Of a stretch of DNA of 40,959 bases, positions 18,230-28,524 are shown piece by piece. The notes under the pieces were generated by a model. That model saw nothing but the letters and a program-made list of their open reading frames with translations, made no database searches and was not told where the DNA came from. Each line of letters opens with the position of its first letter. Positions within the stretch are counted from its first letter, which is position 1. Origin of the DNA: Minisyncoccia bacterium (lineage in GTDB: Bacteria > Patescibacteriota > Minisyncoccia > Phycocordibacterales > UBA918); contig JBGSVK010000026.1 of NCBI GenBank assembly GCA_041752975.1, positions 1-40,959 of the forward strand. The letters are read 5' to 3'. A program made the translations under genes and the position numbers.

Positions 18230-19744
18230 ATGGGACTAGCCTTGGTGCATACTGTCCAACCCCATGTTCTTTCCGGAACAATCGTTCGTATAGAAGCAGA
18301 CCTATCGCTAGGTCTGCATTCTTTTTCTATCGTCGGCTTAGCAGGGAAAGCAATTGAGGAATCTAAAGATAGAATAAGTAGCGCCATTAAACACTCTGGT
18401 TATGATTCACCAAAAAGTAAGAATCAAAAAATAACTATTTCACTTTCTCCAGCAGACCTAAAAAAGGAAGGTCCCCTCTTTGACTTACCAATCGCAATTT
18501 CCTACTTGGTTTCTGCAGGAGAGATAAACTGCCCAACAGACACAATCTATGTAGGTGAACTGGGACTTGACGGTAGTATTAGACGAGTAAAGGGGGTTTT
18601 GAATATAGTAGTTGCCGCAAAAGAAAATGGTTACAAAAGAATTATTGTTCCAACTGCCAATGCAATTGAAGCAGCTTTAATTGATGGTATCGATATTTTT
18701 CCTGCGGATAATTTAAATGAAGTCCTAAGACATATCGATAAAAACCATCCTGAACACAAAGAAATACAGCCTCAAACATTAACTATCATCGATGATTCCA
18801 TATGGACTGATGGTTCAGTGGTATTAGAGGACATTAAAGGTCAAGAAAGTGCTAAAAGAGCTTTAATAATTGCAGCCGCTGGTAGGCATAATGTGATTTT
18901 AGTAGGTCCTCCAGGAACAGGTAAGACTATGCTTGCTAGAGCTTTTCAAGGCTTGCTTCCGCCTCTATCAAGAGAAGAGGCTTTGGCTGTTACGGCTATT
19001 TACTCACTTAGTGAAAATAATTTACAACTAACCACCAGACCACCCTTTCGCTCTCCACATCACACTGCTTCACACACAGCTTTAGTAGGAGGAGGAACTC
19101 ACCCCAAACCAGGAGAAGTGACTTTAGCTCACAAGGGTGTTTTATTCTTGGATGAATTTCCTGAATTTGAAAGAAGATCACTTGATGCTCTGCGACAACC
19201 CCTTGAAGATAGAGTGGTTAGCATCTCCAGAATTCAAGGGACAGCTTTGTTCCCAGCCGATTTCATTCTTGTGGCAGCGATGAATCCATACCGAGGACAA
19301 GAAGATGGGACAATTGACCTAGCTAGAGCGATGAAAGAAACCTATAAAGGTAAAATATCTGGACCGATATTGGATAGAATTGATTTATGGATTGAAGTAC
19401 CACATGTAGATTATGAAACACTAACAAATCTGAAAAGGACTTCAAATGAAACTCAAGAAGCTAGAGTCATGATAGCTGAGGCAAGAAAAAATCAAAAACA
19501 AAGACTACAAGGCAGGGGAGTTGTTACTAATGCGGAAATGACTAGTCGCGATATAGATTACTGTATTAGTCTAAGTGATGCAGTATCTACATTATTAAAA
19601 CTATCTTCAGAAAAATTAAATCTTTCTCCTCGAAGTTATCATCGATTAATCAAGGTAGCACGAACTATAGCAGATTTAGAATCTGCATCAGAGATTGAAA
19701 CAAAGCATGTATTAGAGGCTCTTCAATATAGAATTCAGACATAA
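18230..19744 (+). CDS. comM: ComM/YifB Mg-chelatase-like AAA+ helicase
   Basis: Lon-like N-domain (SPADLKKEG.FDLPIA), GPPGTGKTMLA, PFRSPHH, PGEVTLAHKGVLFLDE, EALQYR. Confidence 0.92.
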   Translation: MGLALVHTVQPHVLSGTIVRIEADLSLGLHSFSIVGLAGKAIEESKDRISSAIKHSGYDSPKSKNQKITISLSPADLKKEGPLFDLPIAISYLVSAGEINCPTDTIYVGELGLDGSIRRVKGVLNIVVAAKENGYKRIIVPTANAIEAALIDGIDIFPADNLNEVLRHIDKNHPEHKEIQPQTLTIIDDSIWTDGSVVLEDIKGQESAKRALIIAAAGRHNVILVGPPGTGKTMLARAFQGLLPPLSREEALAVTAIYSLSENNLQLTTRPPFRSPHHTASHTALVGGGTHPKPGEVTLAHKGVLFLDEFPEFERRSLDALRQPLEDRVVSISRIQGTALFPADFILVAAMNPYRGQEDGTIDLARAMKETYKGKISGPILDRIDLWIEVPHVDYETLTNLKRTSNETQEARVMIAEARKNQKQRLQGRGVVTNAEMTSRDIDYCISLSDAVSTLLKLSSEKLNLSPRSYHRLIKVARTIADLESASEIETKHVLEALQYRIQT

Positions 19745-19782
19745 AAAATCCCCTTAAGAAGGGGTATTTTTATGTCTGAATT
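19732..19782. terminator. Bidirectional terminator
   Basis: AATTCAGACATAAAAA..CCCCTT-AAG-AAGGGG..TTTTTATGTCTGAATT between convergent genes. Confidence 0.8.
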
Positions 19783-19788
19783 ATCAAA

Positions 19789-20817
19789 CTAGAAAGGATT
19801 ACTTGCTCCTCGAACTTCAAAGTGTAGATGTGTACCAGTAGAACGACCAGTGTTACCCATAGCTGCAATTACCTCTCCTTGATTAACATATGTTCCAACT
19901 CCGACATCATTTCTTGAAAGATGAGCGTAGAGTGTTTGTGCTCCGTTACTGTGTCTTACAACTATATATTGACCATAGCCACCATTCCATCCAGAACTCT
20001 TTGAGACAATAACCTCACCGGATGCAGCCGCTCTAACTGGAGTACCGGCACCAGCGGCTAGGTCAATTGCATTATAACCATGGAGTCCTTGGGTTTTCAC
20101 CGCCCCAGGAACAGGGTGAGACAGCCAACTTCCGCCAGCACTAGATCCTGATACACGTGTTGGAGAAGCTGATTTTGTAGCAGGTGCAGCGTGCATTTCT
20201 CCTCCAGGAATTACCAATATAGATCCAATAACTAATGAATCTTCAGCTGATAATTCATTGTAGGATAAAACTTCTTCAAGATTTCCGTCGTATTTCTTTA
20301 CAATACTATTTATAGTGTCACCCTTTTTTACCACATGTCTAACTCCAACTATCGGTAGAATAATCAAAGTTTGTCCCTCTTTGATACTACTTGCTCTTGT
20401 TAAATCATTTGCCCAAAGAATTGTATTGGCGGTCACTCCGTACATCTCAGCAATATGAGAAAGCGTATCGTTCTTTCTTACAGTATAAACACTAATTTCT
20501 CCACTTAATGCCTTAGTACTTGCAATAACATCAGCACCAACCGGTCCATAAGAAACCAAAGCTCCTTCATTTACTAACAATTCAGCCCCTCCTCGAGCTC
20601 CTTGAGGATTTGGATTTTGCTCAGCAGACAGCACCGGAATATCAATTGGGGAACTACTCATTTGAATATCCTCAATAGTATTTACGTTACTAGCATCATT
20701 TTGGTTATTACCAAAAATACCGGCTTGGACTGATATTGGAATAATAATTATTAAAAGAACAGCAACATACTCTAAAAACACCCGATATGATGGATGTGTG
20801 TTTTCATTTTCTATCAT
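19789..20817 (-). CDS. LysM-repeat / M23 peptidase cell-wall hydrolase
   Basis: Signal/TM, two LysM (YTVRKNDTLSHIA, HVVKKGDTI), HxxxxD-like HGYNAID, YAHL, STGTHLHFEVR. Confidence 0.92.
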   Translation of the reverse strand: MIENENTHPSYRVFLEYVAVLLIIIIPISVQAGIFGNNQNDASNVNTIEDIQMSSSPIDIPVLSAEQNPNPQGARGGAELLVNEGALVSYGPVGADVIASTKALSGEISVYTVRKNDTLSHIAEMYGVTANTILWANDLTRASSIKEGQTLIILPIVGVRHVVKKGDTINSIVKKYDGNLEEVLSYNELSAEDSLVIGSILVIPGGEMHAAPATKSASPTRVSGSSAGGSWLSHPVPGAVKTQGLHGYNAIDLAAGAGTPVRAAASGEVIVSKSSGWNGGYGQYIVVRHSNGAQTLYAHLSRNDVGVGTYVNQGEVIAAMGNTGRSTGTHLHFEVRGASNPF

Positions 20818-21178
20818 CTGATTTACTCCAACTGAGTTAATATTTGAATCAGAATCTTTTAAATTAGGTTTTATACGAAGTTTGTTATGGACTCACCGCT
20901 ACACAACCATTACGGGAAATTTCGGAAAGAAAAAGCGGTCTTGCGACGCTCTTAAAACTCTGTACCTTTGAATCGGTATAAAGACAATTCTACTAGACAG
21001 ACCAAGGAGCGCAATTGACGAATGCACATTTATCGTAATAATTTTTTTATTCAATTTATACCATTGTTTTAAGCCAGCTAAACTAGCATTGACACATAAT
21101 TATATTTGTACTTTAATTTTTTACATCTAACCTTGTGGAGCGCTGGTGGCAACGTGCTATAGTGTTGTCTTGGAAAAC

Positions 21179-23137
21179 ATGCTCAATTACCCATATTTAG
21201 AAGGTTTAAATAGTAAACAACGTGAAGCAGTCATGCATACTGAGGGTCCTTTACTAGTACTGGCTGGCGCTGGGTCTGGAAAAACCCGTGTTATTACTCA
21301 TCGGATTGTCCATATAATTCATAAAGGTATCGCTCCATTTAATATTTTGGCAGTAACTTTTACCAATAAGGCAGCCAAAGAAATGCGTGAGCGAGTGGAG
21401 AATTTGGTTAAAAAATATCCTCCTTCAGAACGTGCAGTTATAGACTCTCTGCCGGTTGTCACTACTTTTCACGCCCTTGGAGTTAGAATCTTGAGGGAAT
21501 TTCATGAAACCTTGGGTCTACCAAGACATTTCACAATTTATGACCGAGCTGACAGTTTAAGAGCTGTAAAATCAGCTATAGAAAAGGCTGGTTATAATCC
21601 TAAAGAATTTGAGCCAAGAAAAATTTTAGGGAAAATTTCTAAGGCAAAAGGAGACGCTATCACTGCGAGCGAATATAAGTTATCAGCGAGCAGTTTCCCT
21701 GATCAAGTAGCTGCTAATGTTTGGGAAATATACGAGTCTATACTACACACAGAACACGCTTTGGATTTTGACGACTTATTAATAAAGACACTGTTGCTCA
21801 TAAAAAATAACCCCTTTATTCAAGAAAGACTTCAGAGTAGATTTAAGTATATTCACGTTGACGAATACCAAGACACCAATGCGGTGCAGTTTTCAATTGC
21901 CAAGCTATTGGCTGGAGAAAATAAAAACATATGTGTAGTGGGTGATATCGACCAAAATATTTATTCTTGGCGAGGGGCAGATATAAAAAACGTTTTGCAG
22001 TTCGAAAGAGAATTTGCAGGAGCACAAACAATTCTGTTAGAAGAAAACTATCGTTCAACCAAGACAATTATCGCCGCTTCAAATGAAGTGATTGAAAAAA
22101 ATAAAAATCGTATTCCTAAAGAAGTTTTCACTAGTAACGAAGAAGGGGACAAAATTACTCTATACGCGGCCATGACTGGGCAGGATGAAGCTGAATATAT
22201 TGCTTTAACAGCCAAGTCACTTATAGAAGCAGGGAATGACCCTAATGACATTGCTGTTCTTTATCGAACCAACTTTCAATCCAGAGCACTTGAAGAAGCA
22301 TTTTTAAATTACCAAGTCGCATACCAACTACTTGGAACAAAATTTTACGAAAGAAAAGAAGTTAAAGATGTTCTATCTTATTTACGACTAGCCCTAAACC
22401 CAGGAAGTAACGCCGACCTAGTTAGGGTTATTAATGAACCAGCTCGGGGTATAGGGAAGGTAACCATGCTTAAAATAATTGAAGGGAATCGTTCTGAGCT
22501 AAAAGGGGCAATTCTGGAGAAGGTTGCAAGATTTGATCAAATTATGATGGATATAGCAGATGAAGCTAGAACCAAACCTTTATCAGAAACACTCAAATTT
22601 ATAATCAAACGTACCGGCATCGAAACTGAACTTAAAAAAAGTGGTACCGAGGAAGACCTGTCTCGACTAGAAAATCTTCAGGAATTAGTGAGCTTGGGTC
22701 GTCGATATGATAAACTCTCACCAGAAGAAGCAGTAGAGGCTTTACTTGAAACCGCCGCCCTACAAAGTGACCAAGACGAATTGAAGGAAAAAGAAGAACA
22801 AGACGCGGTCCGTTTGATGACTGTACACTCAGCTAAAGGACTTGAGTACCCTTATGTATTTATTAGTGGTTTAGAGGAAGGCCTCTTCCCTCATGAAAGA
22901 CTAGATGATACTGGTATTGATCACGAAGAAGAACGTAGGCTTTTTTATGTTGCTCTAACTAGAGCCGCCAAAAAACTCTTTTTGACCTATGCACATCTAC
23001 GGACCATTTATGGGACCCAAAGAGTAAACATACCATCTTCTTTTTTGAACGATATCAGCACCAAACACGTTGAGGGCGGTAACCCAAGAGAAAGTGGTAG
23101 TAACTCTGGATACGAAACCACTATATTTCTTGACTAG
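21179..23137 (+). CDS. pcrA: ATP-dependent DNA helicase PcrA/UvrD
   Basis: AGAGSGKT, TFTNKAA, VDEYQD, NYRS, HSAKGLE, EERRLFYVALTRA; likely ATG 21179. Confidence 0.95.
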   Translation: MLNYPYLEGLNSKQREAVMHTEGPLLVLAGAGSGKTRVITHRIVHIIHKGIAPFNILAVTFTNKAAKEMRERVENLVKKYPPSERAVIDSLPVVTTFHALGVRILREFHETLGLPRHFTIYDRADSLRAVKSAIEKAGYNPKEFEPRKILGKISKAKGDAITASEYKLSASSFPDQVAANVWEIYESILHTEHALDFDDLLIKTLLLIKNNPFIQERLQSRFKYIHVDEYQDTNAVQFSIAKLLAGENKNICVVGDIDQNIYSWRGADIKNVLQFEREFAGAQTILLEENYRSTKTIIAASNEVIEKNKNRIPKEVFTSNEEGDKITLYAAMTGQDEAEYIALTAKSLIEAGNDPNDIAVLYRTNFQSRALEEAFLNYQVAYQLLGTKFYERKEVKDVLSYLRLALNPGSNADLVRVINEPARGIGKVTMLKIIEGNRSELKGAILEKVARFDQIMMDIADEARTKPLSETLKFIIKRTGIETELKKSGTEEDLSRLENLQELVSLGRRYDKLSPEEAVEALLETAALQSDQDELKEKEEQDAVRLMTVHSAKGLEYPYVFISGLEEGLFPHERLDDTGIDHEEERRLFYVALTRAAKKLFLTYAHLRTIYGTQRVNIPSSFLNDISTKHVEGGNPRESGSNSGYETTIFLD

Positions 23138-23160
23138 GTCTTGCTCTTTGTCATACATAT

Positions 23161-24021
23161 ATGTATGCTCGCCATATGACGACCAAGCCAAAACATAACC
23201 AACCCGAACCAGAATCCGAAATTTCAAATAAATTTTTACACAAACGCTCATTAGGACAAAATTTTCTCACTAGTGACGTTGTACCCAACTGGATGGCTGA
23301 CTCAAGTAAGGTAACTTTAGGAGACACAGTTTTAGAAATTGGCCCCGGAACAGGGATGCTTACAAAGGTCCTCCTTGCAAGGGGAGCAAAAGTTATTGCT
23401 GTTGAAGCCGATAGCCGTGCTGTTGAACAATTAATACAGACTTTCAAGACTGAAATTGCTTCCGGGCAATTGACCATCCATCATGGAGACGCCAGAGAAA
23501 TAACCGCCAAAGAACTGAATTTGAGTAGTGGGTCATTTAAAGTGGTGGCCAATATTCCATATTATTTATCTGGGTTTTTACTAAGATCGACTCTTGAGAG
23601 TACCAATCAGCCAAGCTCTCTTACTTTCCTAATTCAAAAAGAATTAGCTGAAAGAATAGCTAGAGACAAAAAAGAATCATTGTTGTCTTTATCAGTGAAG
23701 GCCTTTGGGGAACCGCACTACCAAAAAACTGTTTCCCGCGGGCATTTTTTCCCTAAACCAAACGTCGACTCGGCCATTTTAACCATCTCTAATATTAGTA
23801 ATGATAATTTTCAAAAAATTACCCCCGAGTTATTTTTTGAAATTCTCCACCTAGGCTTAGGGAAGAAGAGGAAGCAATTATTAACCAATCTGACCGAAAA
23901 ATACCCAAGAATCTATTTGGAGGAAATATTTAATAGTCTAGATATAAAATTGACAGCCCGCGGTGAAGATATTCCACTCGATGTTTGGTTAAGACTAGTT
24001 AGTAGTCTGTCCAAGTATTAA
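23161..24021 (+). CDS. rsmA: 16S rRNA dimethyladenosine transferase
   Basis: KRSLGQNFL, LEIGPGTG, VANIPY, FFPKPNVDS; start may be Met6. Confidence 0.95.
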   Translation: MYARHMTTKPKHNQPEPESEISNKFLHKRSLGQNFLTSDVVPNWMADSSKVTLGDTVLEIGPGTGMLTKVLLARGAKVIAVEADSRAVEQLIQTFKTEIASGQLTIHHGDAREITAKELNLSSGSFKVVANIPYYLSGFLLRSTLESTNQPSSLTFLIQKELAERIARDKKESLLSLSVKAFGEPHYQKTVSRGHFFPKPNVDSAILTISNISNDNFQKITPELFFEILHLGLGKKRKQLLTNLTEKYPRIYLEEIFNSLDIKLTARGEDIPLDVWLRLVSSLSKY

Positions 24022-24034
24022 TACTATTCATTAG

Positions 24035-24100
24035 TTATACACTTTTCATACACAGATATATACACAATCTCGCCCATGTCATGTTTCTGACTGTTATACT
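24035..24100 (+). promoter_or_regulatory. Three DnaA-box-like 9-mers plus extended -10 of T4SS-like locus
   Basis: TTATACACT 24035-43, TCATACACA 24046-54, ATATACACA 24058-66; TGtTATACT ending at 24100. Confidence 0.5.
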
Positions 24101-24106
24101 ATTAGC

Positions 24107-24997
24107 ATGATTGCCCAATCTAGAATTAAAATTGTTGGTGCTTTTGTTGTAGGTCTTGCGATTGTTGCCGGAGCCTATACAGTCAAGACTTTTGGTAGGT
24201 CTTCCATTCCTCCACCCAATAACCTTTCTGCCACAGTGTCAGAAGCTCCTCTTCGAGTGTTAATAGATACTAAAGATTCAAATAACGACGGTGTCGAAGA
24301 CTGGCGAGACGAACTAGTGGAAAGCTCTCCTGTCATTATAAAACAGGAAGGAGAAACGTACGTAGCGCCAGAAACCCTGACTGGACAAGTTAGCGTTGCT
24401 TTTTTTGAAAGAATACTTGCTTCAGAAGGTTACGAGGGAATTAGTAAAAGTAAGGAGCAAATTGTCGAAGAAACAGCTGAGCAAATGACTCGGTTCGCAA
24501 CTGACAAAATTATAGATATTAGAGATATTTTAGTTTCAAACGACTCCTCAAGTGAAGCTATTCGACTGTATGCAAACGCTCACGCAGATGCAATCATAAA
24601 TAATAGTGTCTACGATTTTGAAAATGAACTTGTCATTCTTAGAGATGTCTTAAACGGCCAAGACCCAAATGGCGTTGAAAATCTAAAAATATTGGCCAAA
24701 GTTTACTTGGACACCAGAGACGACATATTGAAGCTACCAGTACCTCCACAGCTTGTAAAAGAACACTTGGATTTAATTAATGTCTATAACGCGCTTTACT
24801 ATGATATAGAAGCCATGTCAAAATCTATTGAGGACCCAGTACTTTCTTTTCTAAGAATCAAACGTTACGAGGAAGATACTTTAGGTCTAGGTCTCGCCTT
24901 ACAAAACATGTACTTTGCAATTGAGCCTTATGCTGAAGTTTTTGAGAAGAATGATTCGGCGATTTTATTTGTTACTTTTAGTCCAGATTTACAATAA
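24107..24997 (+). CDS. Membrane-anchored protein with DxNxDG (TSP3-like) Ca-binding motif
   Basis: N-terminal TM, DSNNDGVEDWRD, helical C-domain. Confidence 0.75.
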   Translation: MIAQSRIKIVGAFVVGLAIVAGAYTVKTFGRSSIPPPNNLSATVSEAPLRVLIDTKDSNNDGVEDWRDELVESSPVIIKQEGETYVAPETLTGQVSVAFFERILASEGYEGISKSKEQIVEETAEQMTRFATDKIIDIRDILVSNDSSSEAIRLYANAHADAIINNSVYDFENELVILRDVLNGQDPNGVENLKILAKVYLDTRDDILKLPVPPQLVKEHLDLINVYNALYYDIEAMSKSIEDPVLSFLRIKRYEEDTLGLGLALQNMYFAIEPYAEVFEKNDSAILFVTFSPDLQ

Positions 24998-25001
24998 TTA
25001 T

Positions 25002-26387
25002 ATGAAAAACTTTCACATCATTTTACAACGCACAATTGTTACTTTCTTTGTACTTTGCTTTGTAATTGTTAGTACCTACATTCCACAATCTTGGAACGAT
25101 GTGAAGTCGGCACAGGCAGGGTCTATTGGTGGCTCTACTGAAATAACTCAAATACTTAATAACGTTCAGTTAAAGTCTGGAAACATATCAGCTGCTGCCA
25201 CAGCTAGTTTTAGTGGAATAACCTCTGGTGCAACAGCAAACAACTGGGTTAAGGAATATCTGCTAGATGGTCTAGGCTGGATGTTGGCCAAGCAAATTAT
25301 CTCCCAAATGACAGCCAGTATAGTGAGTTGGATAAATTCAGGTTTTGAAGGTAGCCCAGCCTTTGTTCAAGACCTAAAAGGTTTCCTTTTGAAAGCTGGA
25401 GATGAAGCTTTTGGTAAGTATCTAGAGGAGTTGGGCGGACCACTTTCATCTCTCTGTTCACCTTTCAAACTAGATATAAGTATCGCTATTTCAAATAGTT
25501 ACTTGATAGACCGAGAAGTCAAGAAACCTACCTGTACCTTAAGTGGCGCTTTGACAAATCTAGAAAATTTTACTGAAGGGACATTTGACCAAGGAGGTTG
25601 GGAAGCCTGGTTTGAAGTCACCTCAAATCCCACTCGATACACCGGACTAGGAAGTTTACTTGAGGCAGAAATGGACGCCTCTATCAGAATAGTCACTGCA
25701 AAAAATGAGGAGACTAAACTTCTTGATTTTGGTGGCGGTTTTATGTCAAAGAAAGTATGTACTGGGGTCGCGGGCTCGGCACAAGAAAAATGTTCTATTA
25801 CAACACCCGGAGCCGTAATTAGTGAAGCTCTTAACTTTCAACTTTCTACTGGTCAGCGCTCTCTAATTGAAGCTGATGAAATTAACGAAATCATTGGAGC
25901 TCTTATTAGCCAAGTATCACAGAAAGCCATCTCCGGCTTAGCTGGTATGGGTTCCAACTCAAGTGGACCAGGGGCTTATGTTAATCAACTATCAGCAGAC
26001 GGTACTGGTCAAGCTGTAAGTCCAACATCATTACGTGATGAAATAAACGATTCGTTGGCAACTGAAATTAAATACCGAGATTTGACAATACTTCACCAAG
26101 GCATCTTAACGGCTTATGCAGGTAATGTCCTAAATAATGTTGCTCAAAGAAACAACGTACAAGCTGAACTAGGTAAAATGACTACACTATTGGCTGATAT
26201 TAAAAGCAATATTACTTCTCTAAATAGTATTCTCGCAAGATATAATGCTCTACCTTTACCTCAAAACGAAACATCTGCCACTTCAGTCACTCGAAATCAG
26301 CTCTCTCAAGAGTACAGTAGACTCAGACTACATACCCCAGGTGAAGTTTCTATCGCAGAAACTTCTTGGAAAGCAATGGTAAAGTAA
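25002..26387 (+). CDS. Secreted/anchored T4SS-locus-associated protein
   Basis: Likely ATG 25002 (MKNFHII) with signal-like segment; VSWINSGFEGSPAFVQD, 4 Cys, TTPG, ADEINEII, C-terminal coiled coil. Confidence 0.7.
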   Translation: MKNFHIILQRTIVTFFVLCFVIVSTYIPQSWNDVKSAQAGSIGGSTEITQILNNVQLKSGNISAAATASFSGITSGATANNWVKEYLLDGLGWMLAKQIISQMTASIVSWINSGFEGSPAFVQDLKGFLLKAGDEAFGKYLEELGGPLSSLCSPFKLDISIAISNSYLIDREVKKPTCTLSGALTNLENFTEGTFDQGGWEAWFEVTSNPTRYTGLGSLLEAEMDASIRIVTAKNEETKLLDFGGGFMSKKVCTGVAGSAQEKCSITTPGAVISEALNFQLSTGQRSLIEADEINEIIGALISQVSQKAISGLAGMGSNSSGPGAYVNQLSADGTGQAVSPTSLRDEINDSLATEIKYRDLTILHQGILTAYAGNVLNNVAQRNNVQAELGKMTTLLADIKSNITSLNSILARYNALPLPQNETSATSVTRNQLSQEYSRLRLHTPGEVSIAETSWKAMVK

Positions 26388-26414
26388 TATGATGTTGTAT
26401 ACTTAATTAGCTAC

Positions 26415-28508
26415 ATGCCAAGACTAACTCACAAACCAATGAACGTACTTATCGCTTCTATATTAGCGATACTAGTAGTTACAATTCCTAATCCCGCGGA
26501 GGCAGTATTGGACACAATATCACAAGGTGTTTTGGCAATTATTTGGTCACTAGTTGTTGGCTTCTTCGGTAAAGTTGTGGTTCTGGCAGGCTGGCTATTA
26601 AACTACTCCATCACTGAATATGTAGTTGGTTTTGGCAAGATATACAAAGAGTCAGGATTAGGATTCTCAATCAATACGCTGTGGGCCACCGTACGAGATA
26701 TCTTTAACTTAACTTTCATTTTTGGTTTGGTCTTTATTGGTCTAAAGATGATATTTAACAGTAGTGATAGCAATTCGAGATCAACTCTTGTTTACTTAAT
26801 CTTAGCGGCTCTACTAGTAAACTTCAGTCTGTTTATAACCAAATTTGTAATTGATTTTTCAAACATTGCCGCCACTCAATTGGCTTCAGGTTTTTTGAGT
26901 GGGGGTACTTATGAATTTTCGGCCAATTTTGTTAACTTAATGGGCGTCTCTGCCCTGATGGGGTCTGGACCAACAATAGGTTCCATGCCTCCTGGAGCAG
27001 GTTTCGCTTTCGTCTTTGGAACCTTAATACTATACTTGGTTACAGCCTTTGTCTTCGCAGCTGGTGGCATCCTCCTCATCATAAGATTTGTAGTACTGAA
27101 CCTCTACATGATTCTTTCCCCACTTATGTTTTTGGGATGGGTTTTTCCAGGTTTTAGTAATGTCAGCAAAGAGTATTGGAGCGGGTTTCTCAGTAGAGCA
27201 TTTTTTGCACCAGCCTATATTTTGATGATTTACTTTGCCCATCAGATTCTGGTAAATATCAAAATCGCCCCGGGCCCAGGCGCAATGAGAGAAGCACTCA
27301 TTTCAGCAGATGGTGCTCTGGGTAAATCAAGCTTTGAATCCACTATTCCGTTCTTTATTATCACTTCAGTCTTCTTGATAGCCGCTATTGTTGTAGCACA
27401 AAAGATGGGGGCTGTAGGTGCCACTAGCGCAATAGCAATTGGAAATAGAATGAAAGACAAAGCTAGACAATATGCAACTAATACCGCTACTTATGTACCT
27501 AGATTTGTTGGTCGAAAGGCAGCAAACGCCTCTGGTGATTATGTAACAAGAAAATTGAACACCGGTCAAAGTGGTGATGGTAAATGGGCTAATTTTTTAA
27601 AGTCCAACGCTGTTGACAGGACAGTTAGAGGAACTGCTACTGCGGCCATAAATGCAAAGTTTGGTACTTCTGGTTCTAACAAGGAGCAAGAGGCATACAG
27701 ACAAAAAACTGAAACGAGAGCGAAGAATACTGAAGCTATTAATGCTGCAGTAGAGCTGGCCCGATTAAATAAACTTATGGATTCGGGACCTTTAAATGTA
27801 GAAGACTCCAAGAAGTTTAGTCTTCTACAACCAAGAGAGGCAGAACTTCAATCATACGTTGCGGGAATGAGTACCTCAGCTATAGAGGAGATGGGGGATC
27901 AAGATCGAGAAGTAATTGCCGGTTTGTTTACTTCAACACAACTAGAAAATATCAATAAGAGTGAGAAGATTTCTGACAAAGCTAAAGGTGGAGTCAGTAA
28001 TGCTCGCAAAGCGGCGATAGAAGAACTTATCGGTAAGTCTAATGCTTTAGTGATGGAAGAGGTAAATAAACTCAGCATTTCTCAAATTGAGACTTTGGGT
28101 GAGACTTGGATAGCAGATAATTCTCATGTTCTGTCAGATGCTCAAATGGATGAGGTGAAGAACAGTAAAAAGTATATAGAAGCACAAAAGAACACCTTTG
28201 GTGCTAAGAGAAAGAAAAAGTTCGAAGATATGGCGGCTTTAAGAATGCCGGCTCCAGCTGAATACGAGCAAGTAATGAAAGGTAAAAAACCTAAAGACAT
28301 TGCCAAACTTCCAGCTGACCTACTAATGAATCCAAGTGCCTTGAAGTATTTATCAGCTGATGTCTTGAGAGAGATTGCAACCAATGGAACCCTAAACCCA
28401 ACTCAACAGGAAGAAATTGAGACCAGAATTAATCTTTCTCCTCTAGCAGCTCATCCTTCAGCAGTAGGCTACTTTAACTCAAAGCACGCTAGAAATAACT
28501 GGGGTTAG
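26415..28508 (+). CDS. VirB6/TrbL-like polytopic membrane protein with long helical C-terminus
   Basis: WATVRDIFN, AALLVNFSLFITK..ID.SN, R...L..ILSPLMF..WVFP; about 8-9 TM; context next to PrgI/VirB4. Confidence 0.7.
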   Translation: MPRLTHKPMNVLIASILAILVVTIPNPAEAVLDTISQGVLAIIWSLVVGFFGKVVVLAGWLLNYSITEYVVGFGKIYKESGLGFSINTLWATVRDIFNLTFIFGLVFIGLKMIFNSSDSNSRSTLVYLILAALLVNFSLFITKFVIDFSNIAATQLASGFLSGGTYEFSANFVNLMGVSALMGSGPTIGSMPPGAGFAFVFGTLILYLVTAFVFAAGGILLIIRFVVLNLYMILSPLMFLGWVFPGFSNVSKEYWSGFLSRAFFAPAYILMIYFAHQILVNIKIAPGPGAMREALISADGALGKSSFESTIPFFIITSVFLIAAIVVAQKMGAVGATSAIAIGNRMKDKARQYATNTATYVPRFVGRKAANASGDYVTRKLNTGQSGDGKWANFLKSNAVDRTVRGTATAAINAKFGTSGSNKEQEAYRQKTETRAKNTEAINAAVELARLNKLMDSGPLNVEDSKKFSLLQPREAELQSYVAGMSTSAIEEMGDQDREVIAGLFTSTQLENINKSEKISDKAKGGVSNARKAAIEELIGKSNALVMEEVNKLSISQIETLGETWIADNSHVLSDAQMDEVKNSKKYIEAQKNTFGAKRKKKFEDMAALRMPAPAEYEQVMKGKKPKDIAKLPADLLMNPSALKYLSADVLREIATNGTLNPTQQEEIETRINLSPLAAHPSAVGYFNSKHARNNWG

Positions 28509-28524
28509 TTAATTAAATTAATAT

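Noticed and set aside
20818-21000. c-di-AMP (ydaO) riboswitch upstream of the cell-wall hydrolase
   Set aside because: Conserved GCTGAATC/GGGGTGAATC elements not found
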